Shown: positions 1-9,037 of the stretch, piece after piece
How positions within the stretch are numbered: position 1 is the first letter of the stretch
How the letters are laid out: every line of letters starts with the position of its first letter
From: Polyangiaceae bacterium
GTDB taxonomy: Bacteria > Myxococcota_A > Polyangia > Polyangiales > Polyangiaceae
Direction of reading: 5' to 3'
NCBI GenBank assembly: GCA_044376115.1
Contig: JBILLK010000018.1
Location: forward strand, 64,001-128,000
Length of the DNA stretch: 64,000 nt
The notes under the pieces: model-generated
What the model was told of the DNA's origin: nothing
Databases searched by the model: none
Seen by the model: the letters and a program-made list of their open reading frames with translations, nothing else
Program-made: the position numbers and the translations under genes

Positions 1-1227
1 GACGCAGCGCTCGAGGCGAACAAGGTGGCCCTACGTGAGCGCGAAGCCGCGCGTGCGGAGAACGAGGCCAGGGCGGTGCGTGCGTTGGCGCTGGCGCAGT
101 TCAGCCAAGAAGCACTGACGACAGCATCGACACAATCGTTGTTCGAGCACGCAGCAGCGACCATCGATGCGACGCTGCAAGGCACCACGGCCTTCTTGCT
201 TTCACGCATGGCGGATACCGAATGGCAGGTGCTCTCCCGTGGACAGAAAGCAGCCCAGGTCCAAGTCGACCTACCTGACGTGGCCGAAACGCTCACGTTC
301 ACCACGGATGCGACGCAGTCTCTGGCACTCGCCCAAGACGGTTTACTCCCGCGAGGTCCGCTGCTGCTCGTTCCTATCCCAAGCCGACATGCCGAACGCC
401 GCTGGCTTGGCATCATCCGTCACGATGCGCACTCGGTTGAGGGAGACGAAGCGTTCCTTCGGGCCATGGCGGGCCTCTTTGGTAGCGCCTTCGACCGCGC
501 ACATGCCGAGGAACGCGCCCTCAACGCGCAGAAACTCGAGGTCATCGGTAGGCTCTCGGGTGGGGTGGCGCACGACTTCAACAACGTGCTTACGGCCATC
601 ATGTCGGCTAGCTACGAGCTGCGTGAGCTACACCCTTCCGCCGACAACGAGCAGGCCATCTTGGATGACCTCGACGGTGCGGTGCGTCGAGCCTCGCTCT
701 TGACCCGGCAGCTCCTGACCTTCGGCCGGAGAGCGGTGACGGCGCCGGCCCTGGTCGATCTGAAGCAGTTGGTCTCGGAGCTTGCTCCGATGCTGCGTCG
801 ACTGGTCGGCTCCCAATACTCCCTCAAGGTCGAGCTACCCAAAGAGCCAGTGTCTGTGCTCGGAAGTCTGAGTCAACTCGAGCAGGTGCTTCTCAACTTA
901 GTAGTCAACGCTCGCGACGCGATGCCAGACGGTGGTCCAATCGAAGTGCGCTTGGTTGTCAGCGGCGGCTTGGCGCGCCTATCTGTTTCCGATGTCGGCT
1001 GCGGGATGGATGAGCACACCCTGCGCTACGCGTTTCAGCCTTTCTTCACGACCAAGCGCGATGGCACCGGGCTCGGGCTCGCTACGGTCGCAGACGTCGC
1101 CGAGAAGCTGAACGGCAAGGTCGAGGTCGACAGCCGCCGCGACGAAGGCACCCAAGTTCGCTTCTGCGTGCCTATCGTGAGCCCAAACTCAGCGCTGATC
1201 GGTGCGAGCCAATCGCAAGACGCTTGA
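1..1227 (+). CDS. Sensor histidine kinase (GAF-like + HisKA + HATPase), 5'-truncated by the window edge
   Basis: Motifs GGVAHDFNNVL, QVLLNLVVNARDAM, DVGCGM, PFFTTK, GTGLGL; the frame is open from position 1. Confidence 0.92.
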   Translation, partial: DAALEANKVALREREAARAENEARAVRALALAQFSQEALTTASTQSLFEHAAATIDATLQGTTAFLLSRMADTEWQVLSRGQKAAQVQVDLPDVAETLTFTTDATQSLALAQDGLLPRGPLLLVPIPSRHAERRWLGIIRHDAHSVEGDEAFLRAMAGLFGSAFDRAHAEERALNAQKLEVIGRLSGGVAHDFNNVLTAIMSASYELRELHPSADNEQAILDDLDGAVRRASLLTRQLLTFGRRAVTAPALVDLKQLVSELAPMLRRLVGSQYSLKVELPKEPVSVLGSLSQLEQVLLNLVVNARDAMPDGGPIEVRLVVSGGLARLSVSDVGCGMDEHTLRYAFQPFFTTKRDGTGLGLATVADVAEKLNGKVEVDSRRDEGTQVRFCVPIVSPNSALIGASQSQDA

Positions 1228-1263
1228 GCTTGGCGAGCAGCGGCGTACTAATCGTCGACGACG

Positions 1264-2253
1264 ATGGCGAGCACGACCGGCACCAAGAACTCAGTGATTG
1301 CGGCCCTCTTGGGCAACACGTTTGTCACAGTCATCAAGTTCATCGCGTTCCTTGTTTCGGGCTCCGGCGCGATGCTCTCGGAAGCCATCCACAGCGCCGC
1401 GGATACCGGCAACCAAGGGTTGCTCTACCTCGGCTTGCGGCGAGCGGCGCGCAGCCCTGACGAGGACTTTCACTATGGCTACGGCGGCGAGCGCTTCATT
1501 TTTGGCATGCTCTCGGCCTCGGGCATTTTCTTCGTCGGCTGCGGCGTAACCATCTATCACGGCATCCACTCACTGCTGAGCCCGACGGTGCCGGAGCTGG
1601 GCTGGCTGACCTTTCTGATTCTCGGCATCTCCTTCCTGGTTGAAGGGTCGGTGTTGCTGCTGGCCGTCCGCTCGGTCAATCGTGAACGCGGCGCGACCCC
1701 GTTTCTGGCTTTCGTGCGAAATGGGGCCGATCCAGCGACGGTTGCCATCCTGCTTGAAGATGGAGTGGCCGTGTCCGGCGTCTTGGTCGCGACGGTTGGG
1801 ATGGTGCTCGCCTACGTAACCGGCGAACCAGCCTTCGACGCAGCGGCCTCGATCCTCATCGGCATCCTGCTTGGGCTCGTAGCGATCTACCTCGTGCTCG
1901 CGAATCGCAGCTTACTACTGGGCGAGTCGGTTCCCGAAGGCGTCGAGCAGGCCTTCATCGATACGCTCCGCAGTCACGCGAGTGTAGCGGCGGTAGAAGA
2001 CGTGAAGACTCGGCAACTAACGCCGGAGGCCTTCACGCTGAAGGCGGAGGTCGTGTTCGTGCCGGAGTACTTCTCATCCAAGGAGGGGGCCAAAGGGTTG
2101 GCCGGCGCCGACCTCGTACGCTTTACGTTGCATTCGGTCGGGGAGGAAATCGACGCCATCGAGCACGCGGTGCGCAAGGTGATCCCCCAGGCGCGCCACA
2201 TCGATATCGAGGTCTCACGCGGGGACAAGGTCCCCGCATCCATTTCGCGCTAG
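1264..2253 (+). CDS. Cation diffusion facilitator (CDF) metal transporter
   Basis: SEAIHSAADTGNQ and LLEDG motifs, about 6 TM helices, C-terminal cytoplasmic domain. Confidence 0.9.
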   Translation: MASTTGTKNSVIAALLGNTFVTVIKFIAFLVSGSGAMLSEAIHSAADTGNQGLLYLGLRRAARSPDEDFHYGYGGERFIFGMLSASGIFFVGCGVTIYHGIHSLLSPTVPELGWLTFLILGISFLVEGSVLLLAVRSVNRERGATPFLAFVRNGADPATVAILLEDGVAVSGVLVATVGMVLAYVTGEPAFDAAASILIGILLGLVAIYLVLANRSLLLGESVPEGVEQAFIDTLRSHASVAAVEDVKTRQLTPEAFTLKAEVVFVPEYFSSKEGAKGLAGADLVRFTLHSVGEEIDAIEHAVRKVIPQARHIDIEVSRGDKVPASISR

Positions 2254-2257
2254 TGGC

Positions 2258-3481
2258 TCAGAAGGAGCAGACCGTGGCGACCTTGGTCGGTGCACCGCTC
2301 GAGCCGATGAAGCGCTCCACCGGCTTTGGCGAGGTGCCCTCGATGTCGACGCAGCCGCGGTTCTCATCGGCCGCCTTGGCCATACAGAATCCGCCGTTGT
2401 TCGTCGCAGCGCAGAAGGTCGGTGATGCCCCCTCCTTGTCACTGCAATAACCTTCACAAGCAACCGTGCAGTAGCCGTCGCCGCCAGACATCGCGCAATG
2501 GGCAGCCACACCATCCACCTTGAAGCCGCACTCCGAGTCGGCCTGGCAGCTCGATCCAATCCAGAGCACGTCGTGCTCCTCAACCAACATTTCACCGGTC
2601 GCAACGTCTTGCTTCACGAGGCCAACGTTGTCGCAGTGATGACCATCGAGCGGGATCGCCGGGTCGTATGCGCAGACGATGTTGGGGAGGTTGCGCGAGT
2701 CCCAAGTCGGAAACATCGCAACGTTGGTCTTGGGTCGTTGCACGGCCGGAAGCGCCGGAAAGTCCACGTCCACGAACTTCCCTTCGTAGCTGTCGAACTC
2801 GGTGGAAACCTCGACCGGGACCTCGATCGTGGACTTGTCGCTCACCTTGTGCGGCTTATCCATGCCCATCCCGAGCACATGCGAGAGCTCGACCACGTGC
2901 TCGCCCGCCATACGCTGGCAACCGTGCGATACCGGGCCGCGGCGCAGAATCCACTCCCAATCGCCGGTGTCTGCGTTGCGCGCCGAGGTGATTGGACCGT
3001 GGAACGCGAGGCCGCGCTTTGCGTGATACTTCAAGAACGGAAAGCCGCCCCACGAGGCCTTGTCAGTCGTTGGCGTGAAGGGGATGCCGAATAGTCGATC
3101 GTAGTGGCCGGGAGCCATCGGTGCTTGGCCGGTCGACGGGTCGACCGCTCCGGTGGCCACCGGGTAGACCATGGTCACGCGAGTTCGCCCGCCATCGTCC
3201 GAAGGCAACGCATAGAACGGCAGCTGCTTGTCAAAGTCAGCCGGTAGCAAGCCACTCACGCGAACGGTGTGCGCCTTCAGCGAGACGAAGATCTCCGGCT
3301 CCTCGAGCACTGGTAGGGCGCCTTGGTAGATCCACTTCTGGCTCTGTCCCCCCGCCTTCTCAGCGTCCTTCAGATAGTTGTCGCTCTGGTTGGCGTTGCT
3401 GCCGAAGTCATTCATCTGCTCAATGCAGCCGACGAAGGAAGTGGCGAGAAGAGCGGAGCCGAGGCAACGGAGGAGGTTCAC
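2258..3481 (-). CDS. L,D-transpeptidase (YkuD-like) lipoprotein with Cys-rich C-terminus
   Basis: Lipobox FVGC; FHGP...SHGCQRM catalytic motif. Confidence 0.8.
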   Translation of the reverse strand: MNLLRCLGSALLATSFVGCIEQMNDFGSNANQSDNYLKDAEKAGGQSQKWIYQGALPVLEEPEIFVSLKAHTVRVSGLLPADFDKQLPFYALPSDDGGRTRVTMVYPVATGAVDPSTGQAPMAPGHYDRLFGIPFTPTTDKASWGGFPFLKYHAKRGLAFHGPITSARNADTGDWEWILRRGPVSHGCQRMAGEHVVELSHVLGMGMDKPHKVSDKSTIEVPVEVSTEFDSYEGKFVDVDFPALPAVQRPKTNVAMFPTWDSRNLPNIVCAYDPAIPLDGHHCDNVGLVKQDVATGEMLVEEHDVLWIGSSCQADSECGFKVDGVAAHCAMSGGDGYCTVACEGYCSDKEGASPTFCAATNNGGFCMAKAADENRGCVDIEGTSPKPVERFIGSSGAPTKVATVCSF

Positions 3482-3492
3482 GAGCTTGCTCT

Positions 3493-3508
3493 ATCAAGTT
3501 CCGGGCCA
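3493..3508 (-). promoter_or_regulatory. Putative sigma54-like promoter (TGGCCCGGAACTTGAT)
   Basis: GG-N10-GA variant of the -24/-12 motif, about 12 nt upstream of the GTG at 3481. Confidence 0.4.
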
Positions 3509-3692
3509 AAGAACCTACACGCTCGCACCTCAATTTTAAGCCAGAAACTTGGCCCCTCGGTCTGGTCCTGGGGACCAAAGGATCCACAATTGCTTACATG
3601 TGGGACATTGTGGATCCGCAACGCACCGTGGCCTTTGGCCTTGGCGCAGGGGCTCGTGGGTCATACGAGCCACTCTCAAAGAGGGGTTCGGT

Positions 3693-4811
3693 ATGTTCGC
3701 TGTCGATTCAGAGTTTCACGGAGGGAGCATCGAGGTGGTCAGCCTTCCCTCGCGAGGGACCGTGGAGCTGGCGCTTCGCTCCGACTCCGCCGCAGCGATC
3801 CAACAGTGGTTTTCGTTCACGGTTGCATCGAACGCAAAAGCCAGACGCGTTGCGATCGTCAACGCCGGAGACTCGTCTTTTCCCAACGGCTGGCCCGGCT
3901 ATGAGGTGATGGCGAGCGCTGACGGGAAAAGCTGGTCTCGCGTCGCCACCGAGTTCGATCAAGGTGCGCTCTCGTTCCTTCACAACGCGCGCTCCGAACT
4001 CACGCACTACGCTTACTTCGCACCGTATTCGGCTGCCCGCCTCGCGCGACAGCTCGCGCGCATCAACCGCGCTTCGCACGTTGATGTGCGCGAACTAGGC
4101 CGAAGCTACGCCGATGCGCCGCTTTACGAGGTGGAGCTCGGCGATAGCGATGCACAGCGAACGGTATGGTTGATCGCCCGGCAACATCCGGGAGAGACGC
4201 CTGCGTCATGGGCGATCGAAGGGCTGCTCAAGCGGCTTGCAAAGGCGGCGGACGAGCCCACCCGCGAGCTGTTGGAGCGCGCGGTGATACGCGTTGTCCC
4301 GATCGTCAATCCGGATGGAGCAGAGCTCGGTAATCATCGCACCAGCGCCAGCGGAGCAGACCTCAATCGGGTCTGGGACGACCCGAGCGAAGAGACGCCA
4401 GAGGTGAGCGCCATCCTCCGACGCTTGGAAGAGACTGGCTGCGACTTGTTCTTCGACCTTCACGCAGACGAGTCGTCCTCCGCCGCCTTCGCTGCAAAGA
4501 GCGAAGGCAACCCCAGCTTCACGTCGGAAATCGAGACCGCTGAAGCGGAGCTATCGAGCAGCCTTGCAGCCTATTGCCATGAGTTCATCGACGAGCCGTA
4601 CTACGAGCTCGATGCGCCGGAAGAGGCGGATCTTTCGTGCGCTGCAAACCAAATCGGCGAGCGCTTTGGCTGCCCTTCAATCACTCTCGAGCTACCCATG
4701 AAAGGCGACGGGACGGAGCGAGTGCGGCGCGGCTGGAACGAACGACGCGCGCACAAGTTTGGCGCCGCAATGGTCGACGCGTTGGCAGAGGTTGTCTTGC
4801 GCAATCTCTGA
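3693..4811 (+). CDS. M14 cytosolic carboxypeptidase (Nna1-like)
   Basis: FHGGSI, WFSF, YAYFAPYS, ARQHPGE, NPDG, DLNR, DLH motifs; ATG at 3693 follows GAGGGG. Confidence 0.9.
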   Translation: MFAVDSEFHGGSIEVVSLPSRGTVELALRSDSAAAIQQWFSFTVASNAKARRVAIVNAGDSSFPNGWPGYEVMASADGKSWSRVATEFDQGALSFLHNARSELTHYAYFAPYSAARLARQLARINRASHVDVRELGRSYADAPLYEVELGDSDAQRTVWLIARQHPGETPASWAIEGLLKRLAKAADEPTRELLERAVIRVVPIVNPDGAELGNHRTSASGADLNRVWDDPSEETPEVSAILRRLEETGCDLFFDLHADESSSAAFAAKSEGNPSFTSEIETAEAELSSSLAAYCHEFIDEPYYELDAPEEADLSCAANQIGERFGCPSITLELPMKGDGTERVRRGWNERRAHKFGAAMVDALAEVVLRNL

Positions 4812-5028
4812 CTTCCGAGTTGGCCCTGCGCGCTGAGAAGGCCAACTGTCACCAGATTGTTTATCCAATACAAGTTCACGACAATTAGGAGACTGGTTCT
4901 GACAATTGTCGCAAGTCGCGCCAACCTCCGAAAACGAATTACAGGGAATTACTGACCAATATTCCCTTTTGATTATCCTCTAGTTCGTGGCGAGCAATTG
5001 CTCGCGTCGACTCAAAGAGGAGATTGCC

Positions 5029-5292
5029 ATGGGATTGTTTCGCTCATTCGTGATGGTTTCGGCTTCGGTGTTTGCTCTTGCTGCTTGCGGCCCGGAAGCC
5101 AAGACGGACGCGAGCGCCAAGCCGTCCGGATCGGCTGCGGCTTCGGCCAAGCCGAGCGCAACGGCATCGGCAGCCGCAACCGCAACTGCAACTGCAACCG
5201 CCACGGCGGCAACCACGGCTGACCCGGCCGCCTCGGGCGCAGCATCGGCTGCTCCGGCCGCCAGCGGCGCCGCCAGCGCAGCTCCGAAATGA
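5029..5292 (+). CDS. Small Ala/Ser/Thr-rich lipoprotein
   Basis: GAGGAG RBS, lipobox LAAC, low-complexity body, downstream terminator. Confidence 0.75.
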   Translation: MGLFRSFVMVSASVFALAACGPEAKTDASAKPSGSAAASAKPSATASAAATATATATATAATTADPAASGAASAAPAASGAASAAPK

Positions 5293-5325
5293 GCTGACGT
5301 TCCGGCCTGCAATACGCTCAGGCTT

Positions 5326-5366
5326 AACGCCGCTGAAGCTCACGCTTCGGCGGCGTTTTCATTTTG
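5326..5366 (+). terminator. Intrinsic terminator
   Basis: AACGCCGCTGAAGC/GCTTCGGCGGCGTT stem followed by a T-rich tail. Confidence 0.75.
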
Positions 5367-5445
5367 TGCGGTGACGACCAACAACCGCTCCTCGCCGCAA
5401 GGTCGTTCCGGCGGGGAGCGCAAGGTCGTTCGGGGTTGAGTGCAC

Positions 5446-5488
5446 AAAATGAAGAAACCGGGATCCGATGAATCGGAACCCGGTTTCT
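5446..5488 (-). terminator. Intrinsic terminator of the putative large ncRNA
   Basis: Minus-strand hairpin AGAAACCGGGTTCCGAT-TC-ATCGGATCCCGGTTTCT followed by TCATTTT. Confidence 0.75.
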
Positions 5489-6938
5489 GTTGTGTCGCTC
5501 ATCTCGCGAGGTTGCTCAACCCCGGTTCAAGCCTCTTCGGCAGGAGAGATGTCCCCACGGTCGTTCCGTGGGCTTCAGTAGTTCGACTTGTCGCTTCACC
5601 TCGACCAGCAAGAGTTCGCGCGCTTGCGGGATGAGGTGCACCTTTGCTCTTCGCTCGGGCGACTTTGCTTAGGTTGCTAAGACCAGACTCCGGTCACCTC
5701 TGGCGGAGGCAAACACGTACTGGAGTTCACAACGCTAAACTCTGACACGAACCTGCTTCAACCTCACTGCGCTTGGCCTACTCCGACCAAGCTTTGCTTC
5801 GTTGACTCAGGGGACTCTCTCGCCGCGCCTTGTTTAAGGGCAACGGTTCAAGACTCCACTCGTGCCTGCAGCTTCCGACCCGTACTCAAACTCTCGCTTG
5901 AACACTCAATGCGAACTCTTCGGATTAGAGGAGTAGGCACCAACGCTCGTCACCTTGCTTCCACCATCGTCGGAGAGTCAGCTCCTTCGAAGGCTTTCAC
6001 CAGGCTTGCCGAACCCCGCCGGGTGCGGCTGACAACTGGACCGAAAACCACTGCAAACGACCATCAAAAAAGGGCCGACGTTTGCTTGAAGACACCTGCT
6101 CATGCAGGCCCTCGGCTCAAGCGTTTCCACTCTCACCAAGTGGGGACGACCTCGTCATCCCGCAGTTCCTAGCTCTCGCTCGAGGTTTGCGAACCTCTAA
6201 CTCAAGCCAGCCCAGCTTCAGGCACGTGGACCACACGAACCCTTCACTGGCGGTTTACGCCACCTCCCGAAGGAGAGTGACCCAACCGACCGCTCATCGT
6301 CTTGAACCAGCCAAGCTTTCGACTCGACCGTGCAAAGGCTCTTGTTTATTAGCCCGAACTCTTTGCGCGCGGTTAACCGCGCTCAACACGACGTTGCTCT
6401 TCCAACAAACTGATCCCAGCCAAACGTTCATTCACCTGCGAGCACGAGTCTCGCCAAGCCGGTCACCCGACATGCACAGGATCATCACCGGTTCGTGAAT
6501 CCCCTGCAGTGAATCTCCACCTGCGTGGAGTTCGTCGTTCGTTGGACAGCGATGGGAGCTCCCCTTTCGGGACCACCGCAACCTCGAAACGAATCGGCTC
6601 TTCTCCTGCCCCGACGATTGCCTATTCCTGGAGTGGATCGGCAGCCAGCGTGAGGGCGGCGCTAACAGCAAGCTGCAAGCGCAGGACTTCAGCGCGCTCG
6701 CCCCCCCGCGAAGGGAATGACGAACGATGAGGCCCGTGAACCGACTTCGGAAGTTCTAGTCTCGCTGGGACGAGACCGAGAGGCATTGAGCCTCTCCGTG
6801 CCTTTTCAACGTGCACATGACCGACCCTGACTGGATTGGTCACTCACACGCTCAGGGGAATGGGCGAAGCGCCCGCCCCTGCAGCATTTGAACCTACGAC
6901 CGATTGAACGTTGCGGCCCGAAGGACCGCGACGACAAC
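5446..6938 (-). ncRNA. Putative large (~1.45 kb) structured non-coding RNA of unknown class
   Basis: No credible ORF; flanked by a promoter and a terminator; nested end-to-end helices 6928-6938/5489-5498, 6902-6909/5514-5521 and 6888-6894/5524-5530; many UUCG/GNRA hairpins. Confidence 0.7.
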
Positions 6939-6944
6939 GAAGAG

Positions 6945-6973
6945 ACAATGCGCGCTTCCCGTCCAAAACTCAA
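6945..6973 (-). promoter_or_regulatory. Sigma70-like promoter TTGAGT-N17-CATTGT
   Basis: -35 at 6973-6968, 17-nt spacer, -10 at 6950-6945; the predicted +1 (~6938) coincides with the first base of the closing helix. Confidence 0.6.
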
Positions 6974-7001
6974 GCGCTAACTCTCCGAAATCAAACATTT
7001 T

Positions 7002-7044
7002 TTATCCACAGCACTGTCCCCAGTCTCCCAACAATTTTTCCACA
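7002..7044 (+). promoter_or_regulatory. Cluster of DnaA boxes
   Basis: TTATCCACA at 7002-7010 and TTTTCCACA at 7036-7044; degenerate boxes at ~7014 and ~7025, spaced 11-12 bp. Confidence 0.65.
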
Positions 7045-7059
7045 GGAGACTGGCGTCAG

Positions 7060-7449
7060 TCAGAGCAGCTGCAAGTTCCTCTTGGCTCGGGTTTCAGCCT
7101 GAGAAATCAACGCACTGGCTTCCTCGTCGCCGATGCCAACGTAGCGAGCGAGCTCGCTTACAAAGGCCTTCTCTTTCGGATCCTGCTCGCCATCAATGAA
7201 CGTCAGCAGCACCGCGTGTTGCACGAGCGCCCGCAAATCGTTGTCGGAAAGTCGTTCGAGCTCGTTGCCCACGTCATCGAGCGTTCGCTTCGTTTCGGCG
7301 TAGTCACGCAGCGACTTTGACTCTTCTTCGGAGGCGTCAAACGCAACGAGCAGCGCCTCCAGCATCTCTCGTTCGGGCGCACCGAAACTGCCGTCGGCCC
7401 ACGCCACGCTAACCAGGGATTTTACGATTGCTGAGTTCTCCGGCGTCAT
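7060..7449 (-). CDS. TerB-like (tellurite-resistance fold) protein
   Basis: LVSVAWADG...E and IDGEQDPKEK pattern typical of TerB. Confidence 0.75.
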   Translation of the reverse strand: MTPENSAIVKSLVSVAWADGSFGAPEREMLEALLVAFDASEEESKSLRDYAETKRTLDDVGNELERLSDNDLRALVQHAVLLTFIDGEQDPKEKAFVSELARYVGIGDEEASALISQAETRAKRNLQLL

Positions 7450-7508
7450 GATCGGAGAGTCGCGAGTGGTCCGGCTGGTGTCAAGGTCCTCTGCGCACCG
7501 AACCCACT

Positions 7509-8906
7509 TCAGTTTCCGAGTACGAGCTCGTTGCCCGCAAGCAACGCCGGCACGTAGTGCCCAAGGCCCGCGGCAATCACGAAGCCGACGATGATCGCTG
7601 CAACCATCGACCAACGAACGCCTTTTCGGACTGGCTTCGGCTGGGCGGAGCTTTCGGGAGCGTGTTCGTCGACTACCGCCTCACGTTCGAGAAACTCACG
7701 TTCGAGAGCATCCATCGTTGATTCTGAAAGCGTGGCTGGCGGGGTCGCCGACACTTCCTCGACAGTTCCCTTACCGGCTGGCTCCCAATGGTGCTGAGTC
7801 GTCGCGACCAACGACTCGACCGCGGCTAGCGCCGGGACGCGCTTCACGACCAAAATGAACGGCTCGGATGGGACAGGTTGAGACGCTGGGGGCGGCGCTG
7901 GAGACAAGTCGATGCCAGCCAACGCCCGAATCCCGCGCGGCGATGAAGACGCCTGCGCCGACGCCGCATCCGAAACAACGAAGCGACTCACCAGATCGTC
8001 GACATCGCTCTTCGCTGCGATACCCAAGTCCGAATGCTGCACGGGCTCGAGCGCAAGGACCCGCTCGGCAAACTCCGTATCGAGCATGGTGGCAGCGTCG
8101 CCGGTCAGCGAGACCTCTTGCGGCGACTCAAGCGGCGTCGCCGCGATCCCGTCAAGCTCCACCTCAATCGGCTCGAACTCGGCCTGAGCAACCTCATCGT
8201 CCGCTGCCACGTCCTGGCGCGCCTTCGCGCTCGTCTCGAGCGGCGCAGGGATTGCCACGTCCTGGCGCGCCTTCGCGCTCGTCTCGAGCGGCGCAGCGAT
8301 CTGGGTTGACCGTGCGGGCTCGACCGCGACGGGGCTCGGAACCGCCTTCGGTGGTTCCGGCGCGCGGGCCCGGGGCTGAGCGGCCGCGGGCTGGCTGAGT
8401 TGAGCAGCGCGTGGCTCAGCGGCAGGAAGCGACGCTTCGACTTTGCGGGTCGTTGCAACACGCTTCCTGCGCAGACGTCCGGCTTCTCGCGCGCGAACCG
8501 TCTCCCGCGCCAGGCGCGCCAGCGCACGTCGAGCAGCCGCTCTATTGACAGGTACCAACGCGCTCTCGAGCTCGTGAATGAAGACTTCGACACCATCGGC
8601 GCTGCGCGGCTTCGCCGCCCCAGACAGCGCCGGGGCGGAGCCGATCGAAAGCGAAAGCAAGCGGCCGAGCATGTCTCGCATGGCGAGCGCGGAATCAGCC
8701 GGCTCGACCACCTTCGTGCCTCGTCGCACTTGGATGGTGCCTTCGGTCGACAGGCTTACCATCGGGTCCTCGACCACGAACGGCAGGCGCGCGCTCGCAT
8801 CAGCTACGGCCAGAGCCAAGTAGCCGGACGTTTCCGGAACGAGGGACGCAGCTCGCATGCGAGCCGCCGCAAAGACCTCATCCAATGTGACCGAAGTTGC
8901 GTCCAT
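7509..8906 (-). CDS. Hypothetical protein: globular N-terminus, Pro/Ala-rich linker, C-terminal TM helix
   Basis: Long ORF with a C-terminal hydrophobic segment; start taken at MDATSV. Confidence 0.65.
   Translation of the reverse strand: MDATSVTLDEVFAAARMRAASLVPETSGYLALAVADASARLPFVVEDPMVSLSTEGTIQVRRGTKVVEPADSALAMRDMLGRLLSLSIGSAPALSGAAKPRSADGVEVFIHELESALVPVNRAAARRALARLARETVRAREAGRLRRKRVATTRKVEASLPAAEPRAAQLSQPAAAQPRARAPEPPKAVPSPVAVEPARSTQIAAPLETSAKARQDVAIPAPLETSAKARQDVAADDEVAQAEFEPIEVELDGIAATPLESPQEVSLTGDAATMLDTEFAERVLALEPVQHSDLGIAAKSDVDDLVSRFVVSDAASAQASSSPRGIRALAGIDLSPAPPPASQPVPSEPFILVVKRVPALAAVESLVATTQHHWEPAGKGTVEEVSATPPATLSESTMDALEREFLEREAVVDEHAPESSAQPKPVRKGVRWSMVAAIIVGFVIAAGLGHYVPALLAGNELVLGN
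8205..8296. repeat. Two 44-bp direct repeats with 48-bp period (APLETSAKARQDVA x2)
   Basis: Identical copies at 8205-8248 and 8253-8296. Confidence 0.9.
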
Positions 8907-9037
8907 GACAGGCCTCCGGTAGCGGACGCCTCCAAGTGGGGCCAACAAACTGGCGCTCCGCAAGCCGTCACGCCATCCGAGCTTTCAACCAACAAACAAA
9001 CGAGGCCGCCGCACTCGATTGGGTTAGCATGCGGGCG

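Noticed and set aside
5440..6843. Short ORFs in the track within this interval
   Set aside because: They overlap on both strands, have no recognisable domains and show atypical composition.
5446..6938. 16S rRNA, group II intron, RNase P or tmRNA as the identity of the long non-coding region
   Set aside because: I found no universal 16S motifs, no GUGCG start, domain V or intron ORF, no GAGGAAAGUCC, and no tRNA-like ends. The flanks are not an interrupted gene.
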